A DNA stretch of 64,000 nt from an uncultured delta proteobacterium (GTDB taxonomy: Bacteria > Desulfobacterota > Syntrophia > Syntrophales > UBA2185), in the NCBI GenBank assembly GCA_963695875.1, contig CAVOID010000011.1, positions 192,001 to 256,000 of the forward strand, read 5' to 3'. Within the stretch, counting starts at the first letter, position 1. The number at the start of each line of letters is the position of its first letter. A program made the translations under genes and the position numbers. Positions 30,998 to 39,738 of this stretch are shown here, piece by piece. The notes under the pieces are model-generated. The model was given only the letters and a program-made list of their open reading frames with translations, had not been told where the DNA came from and did no database searches.

Positions 30998-31444
30998 TTA
31001 AATATCAAGTGCTTGCATGCGCATAAAGTTCAGGCGTTCCACCGCGGCTTCGGCGATGCGACGGAACAAGAGGTAACCCAGCCGATTATCTTGATCGCAC
31101 AATAAGCGTAGCGACGAGGCATCAATTTTGAGAACGTGGCAAGGCGTTATGGCACGTACCGCGTGCATGAGAATGTGCGGGGGAATCAACGCCGAGATTG
31201 CAAATGGCTCGCCAGGGCCGAGTTCGCCAATCAACAACTCCTGGCTGGTTTCGCTGAGAGAGCTAAAATACAAACCTACACTCCCCTCGAGCAGGAGATA
31301 CAGTGCGTCCGCCGGTTTGCCTGCCTCGAAAAAAGTCGTCCCGGCTTTGCAGCGGATTTCTTTGGTAATTTGCGCGAGCGCTATTCGCTGGTTTTCATCT
31401 AATGAGGCAAAGAACGGACACAGCAGTAATTCTTGTGAGACCAT
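30998..31444 (-). CDS. Stand-alone cNMP-binding domain protein
   Basis: PFFASLDENQ, EAGKPADALYLLLEGSV; no HTH. Confidence 0.85.
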   Translation of the reverse strand: MVSQELLLCPFFASLDENQRIALAQITKEIRCKAGTTFFEAGKPADALYLLLEGSVGLYFSSLSETSQELLIGELGPGEPFAISALIPPHILMHAVRAITPCHVLKIDASSLRLLCDQDNRLGYLLFRRIAEAAVERLNFMRMQALDI

Positions 31445-31574
31445 ACGCCATTCCTCCTGTTTTTTCAGTTGAGTGCCCCAGTTTCTCCCAATTTACTCAC
31501 ACACTGCAATTCCATTATAGAAGCATCATAATGATTGTCAACATATTAGTGAACTTTGTCAGGAGCAAGTAATA

Positions 31575-31665
31575 TGTCCGCTATTGTAACACGTAAACTG
31601 TCCGGTTTAAGATGTCACCAGGAGGTGACGGATGCAACGGACAGAGATGCTACAGGAGGTAAATA
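31575..31665 (+). mobile_element. Left-end remnant of an ISNCY/IS481-like element
   Basis: End-like sequence, AGGAGG RBS and MQRTEMLQEV transposase-like start, then truncated. Confidence 0.45.
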
Positions 31666-31814
31666 AATTAACTTATGATGCTTTTAAGCCGTAATCGTCA
31701 ACTTCTTTTGCAATTTGTTTCGAGGACTTGTAGGTGGAGACAATAACCGGCATATTTCATTTTTTCTTTTATCACTGCTGCGCATTACGGGATGAAAGCT
31801 TCTATACAAACTCA

Positions 31815-32002
31815 TCAACCGTAAATCTCGCTTTCAAAAAAACAATTAACCCGTAAAAATAAAGGATGTGAATAAGAAGGTGTAAAATTCAACCATATAT
31901 TTTCATAAAAAAGAAATATTTTTAAGATTATTACCATTATCTTAAAGATAATCGGTATTCGTGAAAGAATTCTTGCAACACTTGTTAACACCTACACTTA
32001 TA
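31815..32002. repeat. Non-coding repeat B, copy 2
   Basis: Direct repeat of 5750-5935. Confidence 0.85.
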
Positions 32003-32019
32003 AGGCCTCCAGATGTCAA

Positions 32020-32543
32020 TAGATAAATTTATCCATCAACGAAATTTTTTTCTTCCGCTCTTTCAAATAACGAACCATCTGGCTATTGGCAGCAATTCTG
32101 ACTTTGTTTCAACATAGGCGTCGGGAGAATGATCCCGCACCATACACTTATAGAGGTTCAACTACCTATTCAATCTGCCCAGGGGAAAAGAGAGAGTCCG
32201 CCGGGCATCAGGCAGCTGCAAGGCGAAATCATCACCTTGCGACCTGGAAAATATACCGTACCCTCATGCCGTCCTAATCAAATAACGGGGTATGGGAATC
32301 ATCCCCAGTAAGTAGCAGGTTCGGTTGAGGAGCAGAACCTTTCCAACGAGCCAAAGAGCACGTTATGGAAAATTGTAGGAGCGGAACGGACCTCCAATCA
32401 AGTCAAGGGAATATCGGGTTTATTCGTCATATCATCGAATATGCGTTCATGGACGCAAGGGTTTTCTTCTCCCTCGATGCGGACACATGCTCGTACCCAT
32501 AGTTGTTCCATTAGGTGCTCGGGCTGATCCGTTCCCTCCATAA
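32020..32543 (-). ncRNA. Candidate bridge/seek RNA region of the IS110 element
   Basis: ~520-nt non-coding segment inside the IRs, downstream of the transposase. Confidence 0.55.
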
Positions 32544-33587
32544 TCATAGGCTTAACAATTTGTCTTGGTCGAAAGCCTCCTTGTTCTTGAGCATGAAATA
32601 TACGGCCCGTCCCAATTTATGGGCAAGGATAGACAGGGCTTTTGCTTTGCCGTGTTTCCTGGTAAGCCTGTCTACATATTTCTTTGCCGGATCATTGCTT
32701 TTGAGAAAGAAGACGGCGGCCTCGGAGAAGGCCCACTTGAGGTGAACGTTTCCTATTTTACTGCCGCCGGAGCCGCATTTTTTCCCATTGGATTCTTTGG
32801 CGCATTTTACGAGGCGGCTGTATGAGGCAAAGTCCTGCACACTGGCGAAGCGGCGGATATTTTCTATTTCGTACAGCATGATCAGGGCGATGATTTTTCC
32901 AACTCCCGGGATGGTCTGGAGTAAGGCATAGGAAACCGGGTCGTGGTTATTGGCCAGTTTAATGATGGATTTTTCGAGTTGCGATAAGATGCCATCATAG
33001 GTCCTGATCATTTCAATATCCACGGCAATGCTTTTCTGCACGGAAGGATGTTCAAATTGCTCGGCAATGCCGTTCCTGTTCTGATGTCTTGCGATGGGGC
33101 CAAAGGAATCAGGCAGGTTGTACTGGCTGTTGGTGTTCTGGATATGAGCGTAGAGTTCGGAGCGTTTTCTCATCAGGTGATTCCGGCGTCTCATGAGGTC
33201 ACGCGTGGCTCTCATCTTTGCTGGATATACATAGGCCATGGGGATCATGCCTCCTCTGAGGAGTGCGGCGATCTTTTGGGAGTCGATCTTGTCGTTTTTT
33301 GCTTTGCCGCCATGGATTGCCTTCATGTAGAGGGCATGTCCGAGGACAAAGGGAATGCCTTCGTTGTGGCAAAGATCGGCTACCCAGTACCAGGTGAAGA
33401 TGCATTCTACGGCAACGACGATATCCTCACGAAAGGGAGCGATGGCTTTGAGAAAGGCATCACGGTCGGTTTTCAGGTTGCGATGTTCCCTGATTTCTCC
33501 TTTTTCATCGAGGATGCAGATATACATTTTTCTTGTGTGTAGATCGATTCCGCAGTAATACTTGTGCTGATTAGTGTAAAATCTCAT
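32544..33587 (-). CDS. IS110 DEDD transposase/recombinase
   Basis: GIDLH, VAVE, KNDKIDS, TIPGVG, ESNGK, AHKLGRAVY. Confidence 0.95.
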   Translation of the reverse strand: MRFYTNQHKYYCGIDLHTRKMYICILDEKGEIREHRNLKTDRDAFLKAIAPFREDIVVAVECIFTWYWVADLCHNEGIPFVLGHALYMKAIHGGKAKNDKIDSQKIAALLRGGMIPMAYVYPAKMRATRDLMRRRNHLMRKRSELYAHIQNTNSQYNLPDSFGPIARHQNRNGIAEQFEHPSVQKSIAVDIEMIRTYDGILSQLEKSIIKLANNHDPVSYALLQTIPGVGKIIALIMLYEIENIRRFASVQDFASYSRLVKCAKESNGKKCGSGGSKIGNVHLKWAFSEAAVFFLKSNDPAKKYVDRLTRKHGKAKALSILAHKLGRAVYFMLKNKEAFDQDKLLSL

Positions 33588-33849
33588 GGGGCTTCCTCCT
33601 TCTTCTGGTATTATTTGGCCCTACTCAATTCCAAATATACCATGCTTTGGGGGAGGCCTTAAATAGTATCAAGTCTTTGCTCTGAGGTATCTTTCTTTTT
33701 TAATGATTACGGAAAGAAAGGGTGAAGACAAATATGCAATAATGGAATAAGGATTACAAGAAGAAACGGGTTAGAAAAGTGGTTATTTCTTCCGCTTACT
33801 AATGTTGACAGCCTTTATGTGATAAGCTGGCAAAATTCTGGGGTGACAT

Positions 33850-34080
33850 GGAATAACATAGAATCCAGAGTCCAGATGTTTCAGGATATCTCTGATTGCG
33901 TCCTCATTTTTAATAACACTTATGAAATGCACGGTTTCCTGATACTTTAGACAGACCTACGTATTGAACTCTTAAATGTCTGATAGACTGCGGAAACAAT
34001 TTTTATTATTGCGCCTTTCCATCATCCCCTCAGCATGAGCATTAGGCTACAGATGAACTGGTGATTCCTGTCGCCGTTAG
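33850..34080 (-). pseudogene. Degraded IS91-like transposase C-terminus
   Basis: HFISVIKNEDAIRDILKHL resembles the IS91 terminal motif; stops present. Confidence 0.4.
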
Positions 34081-34119
34081 CCTATCGAACGGCTATTGAC
34101 AGAAACTGCGCATTCAGGC

Positions 34120-34602
34120 CTACCATTCATAGTCGTTCCGCATATCCAACGCGGCATCCTTGCTCAGCCTCCTTCCGTATTCCGTCAGCCTGGAGCTGAC
34201 AAGAGCTGCCAGATTCTTCATGAATACATAGCCTATATGCGGAACCTGATCGAAAAGCTTAAACAGATCCGCCCTTCTCAGGTAGATATCCTCCGTATTT
34301 TCCGCGCAGATCGCCGTTGCCGTATATTGGTAGGGTTCCACTAGGGCGGACCATCCTAAGGCTTCTCCCCCCACGGCGGTATGGATCTTTACATGTATAG
34401 TCGGGGCCTCGAAGTGCTTGACAACAATGTCCACTTTACCATTCCGGCAAAGATGCAACTCGCTCGCCGGAGTTCCCTGCAGAAAGCAGACGGCTCCTTT
34501 CTTCAGGCTTCGCTCCTGGCACAGTGGTACAATCCTGTTCAACTCGTCATCATTCAAGCCATGGAATAGATTGAATGCTTTCAACTCCTGAATTGCCGTC
34601 AT
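34120..34602 (-). CDS. Stand-alone cNMP-binding domain protein
   Basis: LFHGLNDDEL, GEALGWSALVEPYQYTATA. Confidence 0.87.
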   Translation of the reverse strand: MTAIQELKAFNLFHGLNDDELNRIVPLCQERSLKKGAVCFLQGTPASELHLCRNGKVDIVVKHFEAPTIHVKIHTAVGGEALGWSALVEPYQYTATAICAENTEDIYLRRADLFKLFDQVPHIGYVFMKNLAALVSSRLTEYGRRLSKDAALDMRNDYEW

Positions 34603-34669
34603 ATTTTCCTCCTTTCCTTGGGGTGCATTAATTGGCTGCCGTTTGAAACTTTAAAGATGGAACGGCTGT

Positions 34670-35089
34670 TCAGATGACCTCCTTGTAACTCTTAATAAGC
34701 CGTGTAGCGATGACCCCTGCCAGACGCTTCATGATCGTCAGACCCTCGGCAGGATGCTTTTGAAACACGCGCATCAGGCGATCTGCGTCAATTTTTATCA
34801 CCCTGCTTTCCTTTACACATTCCGCTTTAGCCGTGTACAGATTCGGCTCTACAAGTGATGACCAACCAAATACAGAACCTGTCTTATCTACTGAAAAGGA
34901 GAGTTGTTTATCCCTCTTAACGGTAAGATCAAGATCTCCTTCTTCAAGAATATAAAGATAATCTGCAAAATCGCCTTCTCGAAACAATACATGTCCTGCC
35001 GGGTGACTTTCCTGAGTGACGAGTTCTGCAATTTCGTCAATGATATGTGAGGGAATCCCTTTGAAAAGCTCTACTTCTTGTATGAACAT
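34670..35089 (-). CDS. Stand-alone cNMP-binding domain protein
   Basis: LFREGDFADYLYILEEG, GSVFGWSSLVEP. Confidence 0.87.
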   Translation of the reverse strand: MFIQEVELFKGIPSHIIDEIAELVTQESHPAGHVLFREGDFADYLYILEEGDLDLTVKRDKQLSFSVDKTGSVFGWSSLVEPNLYTAKAECVKESRVIKIDADRLMRVFQKHPAEGLTIMKRLAGVIATRLIKSYKEVI

Positions 35090-35127
35090 CGTAGTTACCT
35101 CCTTTATGATCTATCCTTCATCACGTC

Positions 35128-35607
35128 TCATTCAAGGGTAGACAGTCCCCTCTCACCAACCAATATGATCTGGGTGTGGGTCAGACGGGCGGCTATTACC
35201 CGCGCCGTGGCCTGCATAAAATTAAGTCCTAAAGCACCGTCTTGAATTAGTAGTTCCCTGAGTTTCTCTGCATCAAAAGCAATGGCCTTTGAATTGTCAA
35301 TGCACAGGGCCCCTAAGGTATAAGCGTAAGGTTCAACAACAGCGGACCATCCCATGGCATCGCCCTTTGTGACGATATCCACGGTCACCTGCATGGGGGG
35401 TTTAGCGGTGCCCATGTAACTCTCCATGAGCATGACAAATTTTCCCTCTTCCACGAGATAGAGTTTTTTTGCCGGATCACCTTTCTTGTAAACCTGGGCA
35501 CCTGCTTTAAACGATTCTTCAGAAGCGAAACCTGACAGTTTCTTTAAATCACCCTCATCAAAACCTTTAAAAAACGCGAATTGTTTTAAGAGATCTGCGG
35601 AAACCAT
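35128..35607 (-). CDS. Stand-alone cNMP-binding domain protein, close paralog of 5203-5709
   Basis: Shares YMGTAKPPMQ.TVDIVTKGDAMGWS and IILVGERGLS. Confidence 0.88.
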   Translation of the reverse strand: MVSADLLKQFAFFKGFDEGDLKKLSGFASEESFKAGAQVYKKGDPAKKLYLVEEGKFVMLMESYMGTAKPPMQVTVDIVTKGDAMGWSAVVEPYAYTLGALCIDNSKAIAFDAEKLRELLIQDGALGLNFMQATARVIAARLTHTQIILVGERGLSTLE

Positions 35608-35714
35608 GTGTGTTACCTCCTTTCAGAAAAAGTGAGATAATTTTTTGGCTCTGTTGCTTTTTACCGGTTTCTTAATGTCGCAGAGTACGCCGTCTTAATG
35701 TAAACATAATCTGC

Positions 35715-35924
35715 TCAGGCACGTGCATGATACTTGAATGAGATATTGAGCCTTACCCTGAAGGATGTTATTTTTCCATTATCAACAGTAACATCCTGTT
35801 TTACAACCTCCGCTATTCTAAGATCTTCGAGAGTCTTGGAAGCAGTTGCCAGGGCGCTTTGGGCAGCATCTTCCCACGATGTCGGGCTGGTCCCCACGAT
35901 GTCAATAATACTGTACACTGACAT
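35715..35924 (-). CDS. Dodecin family protein
   Basis: MSVYSIIDIVGTSPTSWEDAA..FRVRLNISFKY. Confidence 0.9.
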   Translation of the reverse strand: MSVYSIIDIVGTSPTSWEDAAQSALATASKTLEDLRIAEVVKQDVTVDNGKITSFRVRLNISFKYHARA

Positions 35925-36230
35925 AATAATCCCTCCTTTTTTCTCAATTGTTCTATTTCCTGGAAATTTATTAGAGATCACCACAAAACCGGCTTACTGA
36001 TTTCCTACTGTACTAAGGTAATAATTCTTTATCCTTTGCCTGATAAGAACTCGCTTTTTTGAAACATATTTATCTGTCCTATAAAAATATCTTATAATAT
36101 TCGCATTGTGAATATTACCAATCTAAACGCCTTATTTGCTATTATATTAACTGCCTACTTTTCATGGTTCTTGGGATAGTGTCGGCGTGTGCAATCCATG
36201 GTTTTTACTTATAAACATCAGTACAAATGA

Positions 36231-36665
36231 TCAGCTCTCCGGCCTTGTAGGTTGAGAGATAAAGGTTTGCGGATCCACCTCGTATACGCCACTGCAAATG
36301 ATCAAGTTATCTACTTTCTTAAAATACACAGTCTTAGGCAGAACTTCTTTTGTTGTCGGGTGGTGCCATTTGTATTTTACCCAGCCGCTACCTTCTTTAT
36401 TGGCAGTGTCGAGGATTTCTTTGATAAACCTCTTGCCGTCAATATCTTTGAGGTCAGCGAAGTCATGCCCCACAAACCTTTCATTAACTCCGTGTGCAAG
36501 CATAATCCCTTTGCTGTCCAATACAAAAATATACAATTCGCCTTGGACAAAATGTCCGGTTGGATTCGAATATTCAGCCAAAGCGATTTTTTTACCGGAA
36601 TTTTTATAAAAGACTACAGCCTTATCTACCCATTCCTCGGCATTTTCTTTGAATTGTTTAAGCAT
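36231..36665 (-). CDS. Stand-alone single Cache_2 domain protein
   Basis: LYIFVLD..GIMLAHG..DLKDIDGK..GSGWVKYKW..K..Y..ICSGVY. Confidence 0.88.
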   Translation of the reverse strand: MLKQFKENAEEWVDKAVVFYKNSGKKIALAEYSNPTGHFVQGELYIFVLDSKGIMLAHGVNERFVGHDFADLKDIDGKRFIKEILDTANKEGSGWVKYKWHHPTTKEVLPKTVYFKKVDNLIICSGVYEVDPQTFISQPTRPES

Positions 36666-36757
36666 ATTGCACCTCCTTTTTTATTTTAAAAGGATAAGCA
36701 AACTTGGTTACTCATTAATTACCTCTTCATTTACACTACCGACATTATCCCACAGTA

Positions 36758-36844
36758 TTATTCTATATCCGCCAGTTTCTTGATCTGTTCCTCACTGAAC
36801 CCTTTGAAAAAAGTGTATTGCCTTAAGAGATCTACCGAAACCAT
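36758..36844 (-). pseudogene. Truncated cNMP-domain paralog of 5203
   Basis: MVSVDLLRQYTFFKGFSEEQIKKLADIE then stop. Confidence 0.8.
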
Positions 36845-36882
36845 GAATCGTTACCTCCTTTCTGAAAAGGTGATATACTTGT

Positions 36883-36980
36883 AGTACTCAGAGAGTCCAT
36901 CCTTTCCTCTATTAGCAAGCGCCGCTGGGACACTTGCCATGTTCTCTAAGCTTCAAGAGTAGCCCATGTGCTGATGACTT
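36883..36980 (-). pseudogene. ABM remnant, paralog of 4706-4999
   Basis: Reverse complement matches 4858-4955 (gggctactcttga..gcggcgcttgctaatagag..aaggatggactctctga). Confidence 0.8.
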
Positions 36981-37032
36981 TATGTTTGTTTATCTTACCG
37001 TCCTTTCCTGCCTATATTCGGAGAACCCACTA

Positions 37033-37455
37033 TTAAACACAGCTGAACTTTAAGGGGTGAACAACATGCTTATAGACGCCGCTGCAGATAATTAGGTCAT
37101 CGACCTTCTCAAAATACACAGTTTTTGGTAGCACCTCTTTGGTTACCGGGTTGGACCATTTATATTCCACCCACCCACTACCTTTAGTGTTGGCGGTGTC
37201 GAGCATCTCTTTGATAAAACTCTTTCCATCAGAATCCTTGAGGTTACTGAAATCCTCTCCTACAAATCTTTCATTGACGCCGTGTGCAAGCATGGTCCCC
37301 TTGGGATTCAACACAAAAAGATACAGCTCGTCTTGGACAAACCGTCCATTAGGATTTGTGTATTCTGCCAAAGCGATTCTTTTACCGGAAGCTCGGTAAA
37401 AAGCTATGGCATCTTTCACCCAGCGCTTTGCATCTTCTTTATCTTGTTTACCCAT
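37033..37455 (-). CDS. Stand-alone single Cache_2 domain protein, paralog of 36231
   Basis: Same motifs; no signal peptide or TM. Confidence 0.88.
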   Translation of the reverse strand: MGKQDKEDAKRWVKDAIAFYRASGKRIALAEYTNPNGRFVQDELYLFVLNPKGTMLAHGVNERFVGEDFSNLKDSDGKSFIKEMLDTANTKGSGWVEYKWSNPVTKEVLPKTVYFEKVDDLIICSGVYKHVVHPLKFSCV

Positions 37456-37479
37456 ATTGCACCCCTTTATAAATGGATT

Positions 37480-37617
37480 GCTTATGGACTCCTGACCAGC
37501 CTCTCTATAGTTTTATACCTTATTTTAAAGTTTATGCTTGTTAAGTGCTTCAAGCATGAACTCGATGTCATATTTTTCAGCGTCTACGATTAAGATATCC
37601 GGTGCATCTTCAATCAT
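37480..37617 (-). pseudogene. Response-regulator receiver remnant
   Basis: MIEDAPDILIVDAEKYDIEFMLEALNKHKL then stops. Confidence 0.55.
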
Positions 37618-37655
37618 ATATGCTTTCTTTTGAATGATTCTCCCCTTATAGTTTA

Positions 37656-37880
37656 ATATAGAATCTACTGCCAAGTGTCGTCCATCAGGCATAATCTTAT
37701 TTCAGCGGTCTAAATGCCTTAGTCAATAGAAGTTAGAGGATAGACTGAGAGTTCTGACAAGATACCTATGAAAATCCTATACGAATAATCGTGGGTATAA
37801 ACTGACGGTGTGACTTTTGTTTATTTTCACATGAAATGTTGTATGGATGGGCGGATTTATAAAAACAAGATTTCAGGAAG
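37656..37880 (-). repeat. Inverted paralog of 4433-4655, including 49-bp site copy 6 (37832-37880)
   Basis: Colinear ~225-bp match (gaaaataaacaaaagtc, cagtttataccc, ctcagtctatcct, tattgactaagg, tatgcctgatgga). Confidence 0.88.
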
Positions 37881-37997
37881 GAAGAGATAACTTTTTTGAA
37901 ACGTCTTTACTTAGAATGAATAATAAAACTGGGCTCCGGCGGATACCTTTTTGATTCTTTTTCCCCAGATTACCATCTTTCTTCCAACTTTTATGAA

Positions 37998-38145
37998 ATG
38001 ATGGACTTGTAAAAAGTCAAAAAAGACGTCATTGCGAAGGGAGTGAAACAATCTTATGACACATGACTATACGTATTTATTAGATTGCCGCGTCGCTTCG
38101 CACCTCACAATGACTGGCTGAATATCTTTTTTACAAAGTCGTCAA
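37998..38145. mobile_element. Nested palindromic MITE-like element
   Basis: tgatggacttgtaaaaag..ctttttacaaagtcgtca ends enclosing GTCATTGCGA..CAATC..GATTGC..CAATGAC. Confidence 0.6.
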
Positions 38146-38245
38146 CTTTTGTTCTTTTTGAAAAGTGTTTTTTGGTTTCCCTGTTTCTGGAGCATCCTAA
38201 GGGCATTGTGCTGGAAGAACAGGAGGAAGAGAATTTCTTACACGC

Positions 38246-38725
38246 TCAGTCGGCCTTCCCTTTTTCCCTGCCTTCCCGCTTCTGCGGCGACTCCGGGAAG
38301 AGATCAAAGATCGACTTGAAGGGACTGATGGTCGGAATCGATCTCTTCGCCTGATCGACAAGGCTTGTACTGAGGTCAAGCCACTTTTTGAACTGTTCGT
38401 CTACCGACGACTTATGGGCCAGATAATTCCGGATGATCTGCTGCAGGTATTTCTCAAAAAATTCGCTGAGAACCGTCTCTCCGAACTGGATCATCAGGTG
38501 GAGCAGGGGAACGGGCAAAAGGAAGTTTTTCTTCTTTGCCTCTTCCAGGATAATCTGGGTCAGGATGAACGCCGTCACATCCTCCCTGGTCTTTGCATCG
38601 ATGACTTCGACCTGCCGGCCCTGCTTGATCATAGCAGAAACCTGGCTCAAGGTTACATAGGTGTTGTTTTCCGTATCGTACAACCGCCTGTTATTATATT
38701 TCTTGATGATCAGTACATCGCGCAT
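38246..38725 (-). CDS. phaR: PHA synthesis regulator PhaR-like
   Basis: IKKYNNRRLYDTE..YVTL, DAKTREDVT..LTQII. Confidence 0.9.
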   Translation of the reverse strand: MRDVLIIKKYNNRRLYDTENNTYVTLSQVSAMIKQGRQVEVIDAKTREDVTAFILTQIILEEAKKKNFLLPVPLLHLMIQFGETVLSEFFEKYLQQIIRNYLAHKSSVDEQFKKWLDLSTSLVDQAKRSIPTISPFKSIFDLFPESPQKREGREKGKAD

Positions 38726-38761
38726 ATCCCGTCCCCTTAATTCACCTTGATAGCCCAAATT

Positions 38762-38933
38762 ATGTTACAAAGCAACAAAAAATATTCTCCCCAGTACGTT
38801 GCGGAGTCATTGATAAAATTCAATTAATATTAATATATTACAATATTGCCACTTTTCATCATATCAAACGATCAAAAAATTATTGCTGCAATGCAACATT
38901 TTTCTTGACAAGCGAAAAATCAACGTGTATTTT
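38762..38933 (+). promoter_or_regulatory. Divergent phaR/phasin promoter with PhaR-type boxes
   Basis: ttgctgcaatgcaaca (38883-38898), tgttacaaagcaaca (~38763), TTGACA-17-TATTTT (38905-38933). Confidence 0.65.
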
Positions 38934-38983
38934 AGATAAAAAGATTTACAATGCATAAAAAATTTAAGCAGGAGGCTATTAGC

Positions 38984-39265
38984 ATGGATCCCAAGAGAAT
39001 TGCAAAGCAAACATTTGATTTTTACAAGTCTACATTTAACAACACTTTCAATGCCATGACAATGCTACAGGAACAGACCCAAAAAGTGATGGACATGTAC
39101 CTGGAGCAGATATCCGGATTCCCGGAAGAGGGGAAAAAAGCGATCAGTGAGTGGATTAATGCCTACAAAAAAGGCAGCCAGGACTTCAAAAAAGCAGTTG
39201 ACGAAAGCTTCAAGAAGGTTGAGGACTTTTTCTCCGAGGCCGGCAAACCAGCAAAAAAAGAATAA
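38984..39265 (+). CDS. Phasin-like granule-associated protein
   Basis: Amphipathic helical protein in the pha locus; paralog of the next gene. Confidence 0.7.
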   Translation: MDPKRIAKQTFDFYKSTFNNTFNAMTMLQEQTQKVMDMYLEQISGFPEEGKKAISEWINAYKKGSQDFKKAVDESFKKVEDFFSEAGKPAKKE

Positions 39266-39299
39266 ATAAAATTCAAAAAGGTGTAAGGAGGGTTCGATT

Positions 39300-39569
39300 A
39301 TGATGATGCAACCAAAACAGATGCTGAAACAGATGATTGATTTTAACAAAGCCGCCTTTGACAATGCTTTCAATAATATGGCAATGCTCCAGGGGCAGAT
39401 GGAAAGTATCATCAATACCTTTGTTGATCAGTCAACGGGAACGACGGAGGAAGGGAAAAAGGCTACCAAAGAATGGGCTGCGATTTATAAAAAAGGATTT
39501 GAAGACTTCAAGCGGTCCGTTGACGATAATTTTAAAAAAGTTGATTCTTTTTTCCTGCAGGGCAAATAA
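39300..39569 (+). CDS. Phasin-like granule-associated protein
   Basis: KQMIDFNKAAFDNAF..EEGKKA..EW..YKKG..FK..VD..FKKV shared with the previous gene. Confidence 0.7.
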   Translation: MMMQPKQMLKQMIDFNKAAFDNAFNNMAMLQGQMESIINTFVDQSTGTTEEGKKATKEWAAIYKKGFEDFKRSVDDNFKKVDSFFLQGK

Positions 39570-39738
39570 GCGAAGCGTTCCGCCCCAGGGGTTATGACAT
39601 TGCACGCCATCGCACCGCTTATCAAGCGGGACTTGGCGATGAATCCGGTGGCGAGCGTAAACACCTTCGCTTGCTGCGGGGTAAGCGAGCGAAGCGGAGA
39701 ACTTCAATTATTTCATAGATAAATATATAGATAAATAT

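Larger units (their letters stand above)
31995..33671 (-). mobile_element. Complete IS110-family (IS1111-type) element
   Basis: Subterminal IRs TAAGGCCTCC (32001-32010) and GGAGGCCTTA (33652-33661); outward TTGACA at 32014-32019; short upstream and long downstream non-coding region. Confidence 0.8.

Noticed and set aside
37655..37680. Sigma54 promoter (TTGGCAGTAGATTCT)
   Set aside because: -24/-12 spacing is wrong and the GC at -12 is absent; not conserved in the paralog.
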